A DNA stretch of 64,000 nucleotides from Octopus vulgaris (lineage: Eukaryota). The notes below the pieces were generated by a model, which was given only the letters and a program-made list of their open reading frames with translations, was not told the DNA's origin and did not search any database. The position numbers and the translations under genes are program-made. The stretch is taken from positions 33,790,001-33,854,000 of the forward strand of contig OX597830.1 in NCBI GenBank assembly GCA_951406725.2. The letters run 5' to 3'. Below are positions 54,096 to 64,000 of the stretch, piece after piece; within the stretch, counting starts at the first letter, position 1, and every line of letters starts with the position of its first letter.

Positions 54096-54126
<31 letters not shown>
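53834..54126. repeat. (GAT)n tail expanded with periodic TTT interruptions
   Basis: Tail of a family D element (53695-53860). Confidence 0.9.
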
Positions 54127-54653
54127 TAGACAGCCACCATGCTTGGGCAGAGCCTTGCAGAATCTTAAGTTGAATGAATTGATCTCAGATTCTTTTCTTT
54201 TTTTAAAAAATTTGGCACTTATTCTCTCAGTCTCTTTTTGCCAAACTGTTAAGTTATGTGAGCGTAAACACACCAACACTAGTTACCAAACAGTGGTGAA
54301 GGACAAACACAGCCACACACACACATGCACACACATACAAGCACACGCATGCACACGTATACACATACATGCATGTACACACACACACACACCAGCACAA
54401 ATGCAGACATAAACATATACATACACACGCACACACATGCTCACATGCACACACGCACACACATACATACCCATACACACATGCACAAGCACACACATGC
54501 ACACACACACACGATCATACACACACACACACACACACATGCACACATACACATGCACACATACACGCACACACACACACACACATACGTACATGCACAC
54601 ACACACGTTTGTATGTTGCTCCAACATATATTTATAGTAAGTCGGTTCCTTAC

Positions 54654-54724
54654 TTCTATGGACACTTGCATGGTCAAGGGGTCATCAGGAAGCTCATAAT
54701 TTTTTCCAAAAGTCAATTGAAATA
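54654..54724 (-). CDS. Candidate exon (phase 1 in, phase 0 out)
   Basis: gttaatctag|TA TTT CAA...GAA|gtaagg; FQLTFGKNYELPDDPLTMQVSIE. Confidence 0.3.
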
Positions 54725-55231
54725 CTAGATTAACATTCTTCGTTAAATACTCATATTCTCAATAATGATTTGACATTGATTACGATGTTGTTCTTCTTTG
54801 TGTCATAACCAAACCTCGACTTAGCAGATCTATGCTTAAATGTATTCTACCCATAACTAACTTGTTGTTATTCCTTTTAGAAGTTGGGCATCTAGAATTT
54901 CAATCTGTATATTTTTAAGAGAATAAAGAGTGAATTTTTGGAAGATTTAGCTGCTACTTTTAGTAAATTGATCGACCACATACAAGACCTCTGTGTTTTT
55001 ATGTACAGATCAGCCTTTATCAAACAGTCTTATGACCAAAGACCTTCCAGCTGAGGCCATCCCATCTTTTGTTCATACATTGCATCTGCAACTACATTAT
55101 TTAATGTGTCTATTCTTCCATTTTTTTAAAGACAATTCTGATTATAGGAACGTTTTGGTGCCTTTTTCAGTCTTATAAACTCCAACTTTTTGGAGTGGTT
55201 TAATACAGGTACTCTCTCTTACTCTCTCTCT

Positions 55232-55644
55232 CTCTTTTACTCTTTTACTTGTTTCAGTCATTTGACTGTGGCCATGCGGGTGGAGCACCGCCTTTAGTCG
55301 AGCAAATTGACTCCAGTACTTATTCTTTGTAAGCCTACTACTTATTCTATCGGTCTCTTGGTGAACTGCTAAGTTATGAGGATGTAAACACACCAGCATC
55401 AGTTGTCAAGCAATGTTGGGGGGACAAACACGGACATACTAACACACACACACACATATATATATATATACATATACATATATATAACGGGCTTCTTTCA
55501 GTTTCCGTCTACCAAATCCACTCACAAGGCTTTGGTTGGCCCGAGGCTATAGTAGAAGACACATACCCAAGGTACCACACAGTGAAACTGAACCCGGAGC
55601 CATGTGGTTGGTAAGCAAGCTACTTACCACACAGCCACTCCTGC
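55232..55644 (-). mobile_element. SINE family A, full length
   Basis: Reverse complement begins gcaggagtggctgtgtggtaagtagcttgc. Confidence 0.88.
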
Positions 55645-56889
55645 ATTAGGGGATAAAAGTCTGCATTTTGGCTCTATTTTTACAGTTGGATGCCCTTCCA
55701 AATGCCAACCACTTAACCAACTTGTGTCTTACTATTTTTTGTACAACCCCCTAAAAATATCCAGGTTTTGGTTCTGGTCTGGATATTAAAATTTTTCAGA
55801 ACCCTTAATCTCTGACTTGGTAGAAATAGCAGAATTGTTATCAAGGAATCTGTAGGCAGAATCAATAGATTTTCAAATGGAATACTTTATGATACTTGGT
55901 TAAATCACTTCATGTTCTAAGTTCAGACTCTGCCAGAAGGGTCAGCTTTGCTTTTCATTTCCTACAGAGTTAATAAAATGGTACCTGTAATTATTCTAGA
56001 TATCAATTCAATTAGCTATATTCATCATTATGAAATTGTGCGAGTACAAATGTAAAAAAAAAATCCTATAGTTAATTATATTAAATATATAAATAAATGA
56101 ATGAATGAACATTTGTTGATGTGTGTATATAGACACACAGTCAAGCACGAGTATGTCTACACACGTAGATATATATAGATACATTTGCATCTCTATATAT
56201 TTACATATACATGAGCACCTCATATATATATGTGTGTGAGTGTACGTGCATATATATATATATATATGTGATAAATAAAAATATAAATATATGTGTGTGT
56301 GTGTGTGTGTGTGTGCATATGTAATATATGTATGTATGTATATGCAATAATACCTTGTGTTGTATAAGTGTGTCCGATTCCTAATTACATTTAAACACTG
56401 TCTTGCTTATGGAGTTCCCTGAATATAAATATATAAACAAACACACATATACATACATACATAGACACATATACACCCATATGTGTATGTGTGTGTATAT
56501 GTGCGTGTGTGTTTACATATGTAACTTTTTATATATAGAGAGTGTGAGATAGATAGACAGATTGATAGATAGATAGACCCACACACAAACAAATATACTG
56601 AGTAAACCGAATCGATATAAACATTTAAATGCCTAATTATGCTCCAATGTTTATATAATTACTACGTCTAATTAAGCAAGAGTCTCTCTTTCATCTAATA
56701 TCTATTTTATCTAATAACTAATTTTGAAATAATTTTGGAAAAATACTGATTCATGAAAAATGGTAATTTGTCATACATTGTTAAATAATTCTTTTGTATT
56801 TCTTAAGTATTAATTATAAGTATATATATTTACTTAAACTCAGACACATAACTATGAGTATACGAATGGGGACATACATACACAAAAAA

Positions 56890-57105
56890 TCATCATCATC
56901 ATCATTGTCATCATTTAACATCCACCGTTTTCCATGCTGGCATGGGTTGGACAGTTTGACTGGAGACTAGTAAGCTAGGAGGCTGCACCAGGCTCCAATC
57001 TGATATGGCAATGTTTCTACAGCTGGATGCCCTTCCTAACACCAACCACTCCAAGAGTGTAGTGGGTGCTTTTCACATGCCACTGGCATGGGAGCCAGTC
57101 ATGGC
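56890..57105 (-). mobile_element. Family D RTE-like 3' end
   Basis: (CAT)n...ttttccatgctggcatgggttgg...gctggatgcccttcct. Confidence 0.75.
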
Positions 57106-57577
57106 TGAAACACAAGTTTTTAAGACATTATTTAGAATTCTGCAGTACCAGTTGCAACATGATGCTAATTTATAAGTAAATTTATTACCAAACAGGTTGC
57201 AGACTGGCTGAGATGTGAGAGCAGTGCACAAAATGCCTTATCATATTTTCTTCAGTTCAAATCATGTTGAGGTTAACTTTCCCTTTCATTGTTCCAGGGG
57301 TGATGAATATACCAGTTTTAAATTTTGGCACAAGGCCAGCAATTTGAATCGATTAGATCAATCCCAATGCTTAACTAGTACTTAATTTATTGACCCCAAA
57401 AGAATGAAAGGGCAAAGCTGAACCCAGTGCCATTCAAACTCAGAACCCAAAGACAGACAAAATGCCACTAAGCATTTTGCCTGGAATGGTAATGAAAGAG
57501 ATGATAGATATATTAGCAATCTAGAGTGGGTGGAACTTTTCAAATAGCTGGAATGTTAGTTGGGATGCCTTGGGGTA

Positions 57578-57738
57578 TTAATTGTGTGTCTTGTGTTCTG
57601 TGTTTGTATCCCACTCTAGGTTATCTAATCTGTAGCATGGTTTAACACTAACTTCAACAACCAATCCTTGTGAACGAAGACAACTGGTCATGGCTGTTTG
57701 GACACTGGTGGTTTGAAACAGCTGACTAGACACTGAAG
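57578..57738 (-). CDS. Candidate terminal exon (phase 1)
   Basis: ccccaaaacag|CT TCA GTG...; SVSSQLFQTTSVQTAMTSCLRSQGLVVEVSVKPCYRLDNLEWDTNTEHKTHN*. Confidence 0.22.
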
Positions 57739-57928
57739 CTGTTTTGGGGATTGTACATTTTGGCACCAGAGGCAAACACACACGTGTGTACGTACATATG
57801 TGCAGAAATATACATATACTGATAGAGGGCATGGATGAAAGAAGAAGAGAGAAAGAGATGTTATGATTTATTTATTGAAATAATTTATATAAACACTAAC
57901 CCTCTCCTCAGATGCATAAAAAAGAAAT

Positions 57929-57929
<1 letters not shown>

Positions 57930-57969
<40 letters not shown>

Positions 57970-58249
57970 AAGACTTGCTGAGTGAGAGAGTAAATGAGAA
58001 AAAGAGGAAGACGTTGCATTTTATTTATTGAAAACGATTGATACAAATGCTTACCCTCTCTCCTCAGCTGCATAAAAGACAATGTTCTTGTACACACATA
58101 AACACAGAGGGAGAGATAGGGGGAGAGGGAGACAGCCAGACAGACAAAGTGATAGAGAGACACTGAGTGAGAGAAAGAGAAACAACTAGACAGAAAGGCA
58201 GAATGAGAGAGTGAGAGACAACTAGGTAGACAGAGTGAGAGAAAAAGGA

Positions 58250-58280
<31 letters not shown>

Positions 58281-58298
58281 CAGTCAGACAGACAAAGT

Positions 58299-58332
<34 letters not shown>

Positions 58333-58670
58333 CACAGAGGAGAGAGTGAAAGAGAGTGAGAAAGAGAATGTGAGAGAGAGAGGCAGATGAAGATTCAAAG
58401 AGAGTGAGAGAGAGAGATACTGAGTGAGAGAAAGAGAGAGAGAAAGAACCAGACATACAGACAGAATGAGAGAGTGAGAGAAAAATGAAGAGAGAGAGAG
58501 AGAGACAGACAGCTAGACAGACAGAGAGGGTGAGAGAGAGAGAGAGTAAGAAAGAAAGTGTGAGAGAGGTAGATGAAGATTCAAAGAAAGTGAGAGAGAG
58601 AGACTGAGAGAGAGAGAGAGATACTGAGTGAGCAAGAGAGAGAGAGAGTGAGACTGGGTGAGAGAGACAT
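57930..58670. repeat. Degenerate (GA)n/(GACA)n purine tract
   Basis: Direct inspection. Confidence 0.93.
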
Positions 58671-59302
58671 TACAATGTATTAAATGAAAACAGCTGATAG
58701 AAACATTTTCCCCCCCCGCTCCTCTGTCACATAAAAAGAAAGATGCCTACATATAATTAGAGAGAAGGGGAGGTAGAAGGAGAGGTAGAAGGAAAGGTAG
58801 AAGGAGAAAAGCAGGAGGGAGGGAGACGGGGAAGTGGAGAACGACAGAAACATTAAAATGTCTGATGCCAAGAAAGTCATCCTCAAACCAGAAATGTCAA
58901 ATAAGTCAGGCCAAAACCACTGCGGCAGAACATTTCATCCCCTTGTCCTTTGGGGCCTTTAGCAGGACACACTCTGTTACAAATATTTGGGCCCAGTCTT
59001 TTTGATTTCAAGATACCCTCCTTCCTCACTCTCACCAGTGTTGGATGCCCTTTAAAGGGCTATGAGCATCACTTTCTCTTCTGACAGTTACATCAAAACA
59101 CATGTAAGACTTACAAGTACTATCTATCGATTCCCCTTCTCTGCCCACCGTTCCTGAGAAGGTTGCAGGGATAGAGTCCTCAAGCACCATCTTCATAGGG
59201 TTCTATTAAAAGTTACCATTATTAGACATTCCAACTGGATTCCAAAGAATGACCAACTGAGAAAATGGCTATCCAGCAATTGCATTCTTGACCTACTCCT
59301 AG

Positions 59303-59548
59303 GTGTGGAGGCACATGGCTTAGCGGTTAGGGTGTTGGACTCATGATGGTAAGATTGGAGTTTCAATTCCTGGACTGGGCAATGCATTATGTTCTTTTCA
59401 TGTTGATCCAATCCACTCAGCTGGCAAAAATGAGCAACCCTGCAACAGACTGGCATCTCATTCGGGTGGAAGATATATACTCCATGGAAACGAGGAAACC
59501 AGCCCTTATAAGTTGGTATGGTTTGAGAAGGTAACCTTTACTTTACCT
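59303..59548 (+). mobile_element. SINE family C (head type 2) with 12-bp TSD
   Basis: ACCTACTCCTAG at 59291-59302 and 59549-59560. Confidence 0.85.
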
Positions 59549-59843
59549 ACCTACTCCTAGTTCTCCTGCCGGTTGTCTTGGCTTGAAGAATCTGTCTTCC
59601 TGTAACATTCTAATCACAAGTCCATAGTACTGGTGCCGTTACCTCTCAATGTAGAGAAGTAGTAGCTGGATCTAGAAAGAGATTTTTTGATCTCCAAGCT
59701 ATGCACCCTCTCAAGTAATGTTACTTCCTGCGAAGGAACCCCATTTTGGCCATTTGTGTTCATGATCATACTCTTTCAGTCAGTACTCAATAGATGTGTA
59801 CTTCCAAGTGTGTGGTATTTCATTGCCACCTCCATTCTTTCAT

Positions 59844-60230
59844 TCTTTTACTTGTTTCAGTCATTTGACTGTGGCCATGCTGGAGCACTGCCTTTAGTCA
59901 AGCAAATCGACCCCAGGACTTATTCTTTGTAAGCCCAGTACTTATTCTATTGGTCTCTTTTGCTGAACTGCTAAGTTACAGGGACGTAAACACACCAGCA
60001 TCAGTGGTCAAGCAATGTTGGGGGTGGGACAAACACACAAACATGTATATATATATATATACATATATACAGTGGGCTTCTTTCAGTTTCCATCTACCAA
60101 ATCCACTAACAAGGCTTTGGTCGGCCCTAGGCTATAGTAGAAGACACTTGCTCAAGGTGCCACGCAGTAGGACTGAACCCGGAACCATGTGGCTGGTAAG
60201 CAAGCTATTTACCACACAGCTACTCCTGCG
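59844..60230 (-). mobile_element. SINE family A, full length
   Basis: Reverse complement of the 32167 copy. Confidence 0.88.
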
Positions 60231-60389
60231 TGACTCAGCTACTCAACAAGAATAACTAAATTCCTTTGCTCCCTCAGTTGAATATTTAGTTGAATATTTA
60301 AAACCTATGAAGTTTGTGTATTTGCTGAGCTGGTAATCTAGAGCTTAGGAAATAGAACCTATCATCTTAAGGATTAAGAAATCTAAGGA

Positions 60390-60525
60390 ACTACATTATT
60401 TACATTATTTACATTTGATGAATATTTATTTGTCCTCATCTTCTTTGTTGTTAACACAACATTTTGGCTGATATACCCTCCAGCCTTCATCAGGTGTCTT
60501 GGGGAAATTTTGAACCTGGGTTCTT
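60390..60525 (-). mobile_element. Penelope-like fragment; hammerhead core decayed (60453-60498)
   Basis: GACAC-CTGATGA-A-GGCTG..CAGCC-AAAA-TGTT-GTGTT. Confidence 0.7.
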
Positions 60526-60659
60526 ATGTCTATGTGTGTGTGTATGTTTGTATGTATGTGTGCATGTATTTGTATGCATGCATGTGTGTGAGCAAGCCTG
60601 TGTGTGTATGGGGAGGATAGGATATCTTACCAAGCGGATTCATTGAAACATTTCTTTAC

Positions 60660-60736
60660 CTAATTCTTTCCCTTCTTCATCACAGATGGAACCTGAATGA
60701 GGAGTTTGTCTGAGAGTGTCTCTTTCTTCAGCAATG
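60660..60736 (-). CDS. Candidate internal exon (phase 2 in, phase 1 out)
   Basis: ttttatttgattctgtaag|C ATT GCT...TTA G|gtaaag; IAEERDTLRQTPHSGSICDEEGKEL. Confidence 0.3.
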
Positions 60737-61244
60737 CTTACAGAATCAAATAAAATAGCATATAACAGCAGCTGTTGTTTAGCCAACAATATTAAGTCTA
60801 ATTAAGTAAACTTATCACCAAAGACATCCCACCATGACCATCCCAAATTTTCTGCTCAGCCATAGAATATTCCAGACTAAAAACCACAATGTGACCATCC
60901 CGTTTGATTTTTTATTTTTAAAGATATTAATAAGTGCTGGCATGGCTGTGTAGTTTAAGAAATTTACTTCCCAATGGCATGGTTTTAGGTTCAAATTCTG
61001 TAACCATAGCAACTTGAGCAAGAATCTTTTACTATAACCCCAGGCTGACTAAAGCCATATGAACAGATTTGATAGAAAGAGATTTAAAGCAGCTTGTCAT
61101 AGAGATACACATAAATGTATATATTGTGTGTGTGTGTGTGTCTGTGTGTCTGTGTGTGTGTGAGTGTCTTTACAACATTGCTTGTAGCTCAGCAACTTTT
61201 GGAGAAGTGCAAATGTAATGTGCTTCTCCCAAAAGCATCAAGTT

Positions 61245-61315
61245 TCAAGTAGTGCTGGTTCCATCATATATTTTTTTTCTTTCTCCTATCAACAAGTCTT
61301 CTGCTGGCTTCATAC
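61245..61315 (-). CDS. Candidate terminal exon (phase 1)
   Basis: tcttttatgtcacacatctttgaag|GT ATG AAG...; MKPAEDLLIGERKKIYDGTSTT*. Confidence 0.25.
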
Positions 61316-61877
61316 CTTCAAAGATGTGTGACATAAAAGATCTCTTATTTGAAAAACAGGAAAGTGTTAGCAACAAGAACGGCATGTAGATGTAAAACAA
61401 TGCTTCAATAATATATTTGTCTAACTCATGCTGCCGTAAAAAAAATTGATGCATATATGAGTAAAGAAACAAATGAATAAAGATTAGTGTGTGATAGAAA
61501 AGAGATTTAGTTTGATATTTCTATTAGTTCAAGCAATTACACAGTGGCTCCTTCATTATAGTGAGAGAGTGCAATGTTAATGGCAGCATTTAGGTCTTGT
61601 ATTTAACTCAGATATTGCATTTCAATATCTGCAATGCATAGATATTCCATAGATTTCTATGAGAAAAAATAAAGCCTGTAAAAAAAAAAACCTGGAGTGT
61701 GTGAGCTTCTATTGCTTGTTCAGAGCTCCAGAATGAGATATATTTTTTATGAAATTTATTTTTTTCTAATTCTTGGTTCGGGTAGGGAAATGGTCAGGCA
61801 TTTGATGGCATTGGAACACAGAAGGATCAAATGGATTGTAATGGTAAATGTGCTGCTTCTACTGGTTCTACTGCTAC

Positions 61878-61915
<38 letters not shown>

Positions 61916-62509
61916 GATAATGTGAAGGGAGCCAGCTGTAGATTTAGCAATAATCAAAACTATCAGCTAATCCATTGAAACTAGAAATGTAAAAATCCTA
62001 TGAGTTTGTGCATGTATGTATAAGTGTTTGTGTGTGTGTGTGTGTGTGTGTTTGCATGTGTTTATAACTGATATACTTAAGTAAACAAATAGTTCAAAGG
62101 GAAAATGCAATAGCTTTTGACAATATTAATTTGCACAAAATTCTTCGTTTTATATCTATCTATCTTGAAGATTACAGACGCACACAAACATACATGCATA
62201 CACATACATATACATGCCTACATACATGTATACAAGAATATATATGGATACAAATACATATACACGCAGCTTTTCCCGTATGTAGATGCACACATTCATA
62301 AAGATATGTGCATTAATTGTTTTCATCTTAAGATCCCTCCAAATGTCTGAATATTACTCAGTTCTACTCTATATTTTTCTCATGATTATTTCTTATCATT
62401 CATAATCATCAAAGAAAACTCATTAAAAACAATATTTCACAAAAAGGAAATAAAAAAAAAATTAAATAACGCACAAATATGCAAGCGCATATGTTTGTAT
62501 GAAATTATG

Positions 62510-62570
<61 letters not shown>

Positions 62571-62826
62571 CCCTTGCAATTTCAAAGGGAGTTTATACAC
62601 ATATGTATATCTGTGTGTATAAATACATATATATATATATATATATTGATTGATTGCAGCACGTTGCATGTTAATAACTATAATTTTTTTTTTACTTCCA
62701 AAGTGAAAATAAATATTTAAAAAGACAATAAATAAAAAACAATAATGAAACTAAGGTGCAGAAAAAAAAAACAGGGCAAAATTACTAAGAAGTAATTACT
62801 TGTATGACATGGGCAATGACCAAAGA

Positions 62827-62885
<59 letters not shown>

Positions 62886-62948
62886 TGATGATAATAATAG
62901 TGAAGAATATATTTGTAGAAATGGAAGAAAAAAAGGACCATGGGAACA

Positions 62949-63127
62949 TTAAAAAATAAGAACCTTCTTGGCCATAACAATTTGATTTTTGGCATAAGCT
63001 TCTGCCAACTGAGACTGCATATCAGATTCATGGACATTTTTGAAGAAATGTTGTTTCATGGCATCAACCTTGATAGATTCAACTAGATTGAAATGACCAG
63101 CTTAATCCAACAATTCCATTCTCTCTT
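62949..63127 (-). other. Exon-like island behind a very strong acceptor
   Basis: ttctctcattctttctccttatttacctcttcag|AA GAG AGA ATG GAA TTG TTG GAT TAA, then 50 more open codons in the same frame. Confidence 0.3.
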
Positions 63128-64000
63128 CTGAAGAGGTAAATAAGGAGAAAGAATGAGAGAAAACTAAGTATAGAAAAACAAGACATTTGTGTGTGTCTGT
63201 GTATGTGTGTGTTTGTGTGTATCTCTGCATATACATATATATGTCATCATATCATTCATATATATATATATATAAATATATATGCATGCACACACATACA
63301 GCAAGATATCAAGAAGGAAATAATGGATAAAGCTAAGCTTCAATTTTTAATGGAATGAAGCTGAAATTAGGGAAGCATTCGTTGATGAAGTAAAAATTTG
63401 GTTAACTCTACAATCAAATGTCATAGCAACTGCTTTTTCCTGGAAATGAAAAAGCTTAGTTCAAAAGAAAGAAATTGAGGCTTTAGATTCTCTCATAGAT
63501 ATGTAATATATTGGCTCCTCTCAGTGCAAACTAACCTATTGGTTAGTTTGCAATTCTATTTAGAAGCCAGCGGAAATTATCAATATATGATTAAGACCAT
63601 GTTAGGGGTAATGTGTAAAAAAAAAAGACCCAAGTAAAAATGAAAAAAAATGAAACAAGCAAACACTAAAAGGCACAAAAATGCAATATATGCATGTGTA
63701 TATATATATATCTATATATCTCTCTATATATATATACATATATACACACACACACACATACAGGTTTATATATGTATATATATATGAGTGTGTCTGAATG
63801 TGTGTGTGTATAGATATATGCATACATATACACACTGATTTTTTTTCAGTCCAAGCAATGCCAGTATTGTAATTGGACATTAAGCTGCTGATGACGAAAA
63901 TGGCGGAGGTGGGGGAAGCCCCACCCCCACACACCCACCGCCGCCACAAAAAAGAAAAGCTAAAAAGACAAACAAAACAAAGTTAAAAGCTATAACAGAC

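Noticed and set aside
53761-54129. Asp/Phe-rich ORF resembling acidic biomineral proteins
   Set aside because: It is the expanded (GAT)n tail of a retro-element with TTT interruptions.
63888-63900. CTGATGA-C-GAAA hammerhead-like core
   Set aside because: No stem II and no stem I/III partners.

Overview
AT-rich, microsatellite-saturated eukaryotic DNA. The repeat repertoire (several tRNA-headed SINE families, RTE-like 3' ends with (GAT)n tails, Penelope-like fragments) looks like an Octopus/cephalopod genome; this is an inference from repeat appearance. No intact, recognisable host gene is present, and most ORFs in the supplied track are translations of (TA)n, (CA)n, (TATG)n, (CAT)n and similar tracts. 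Well-supported elements: a full-length but disabled Tc1-like transposon with DD36E spacing (44390-45664), an internally deleted mariner, a hAT-type MITE, a non-autonomous Helitron, an R4/Dong LINE 3' end next to a TAA repeat, many SINE copies, and Penelope-like fragments carrying minimal hammerhead-ribozyme motifs from at least three families. The more speculative signal: many non-repetitive islands read on the minus strand as 3' splice acceptor + phase-1 short ORF + stop, as expected for an array of alternative terminal exons. One of these lies in an ~800-bp duplication whose exon core is much better conserved than its flanking repeats. All exon calls are by eye, low confidence, and need RNA-seq.
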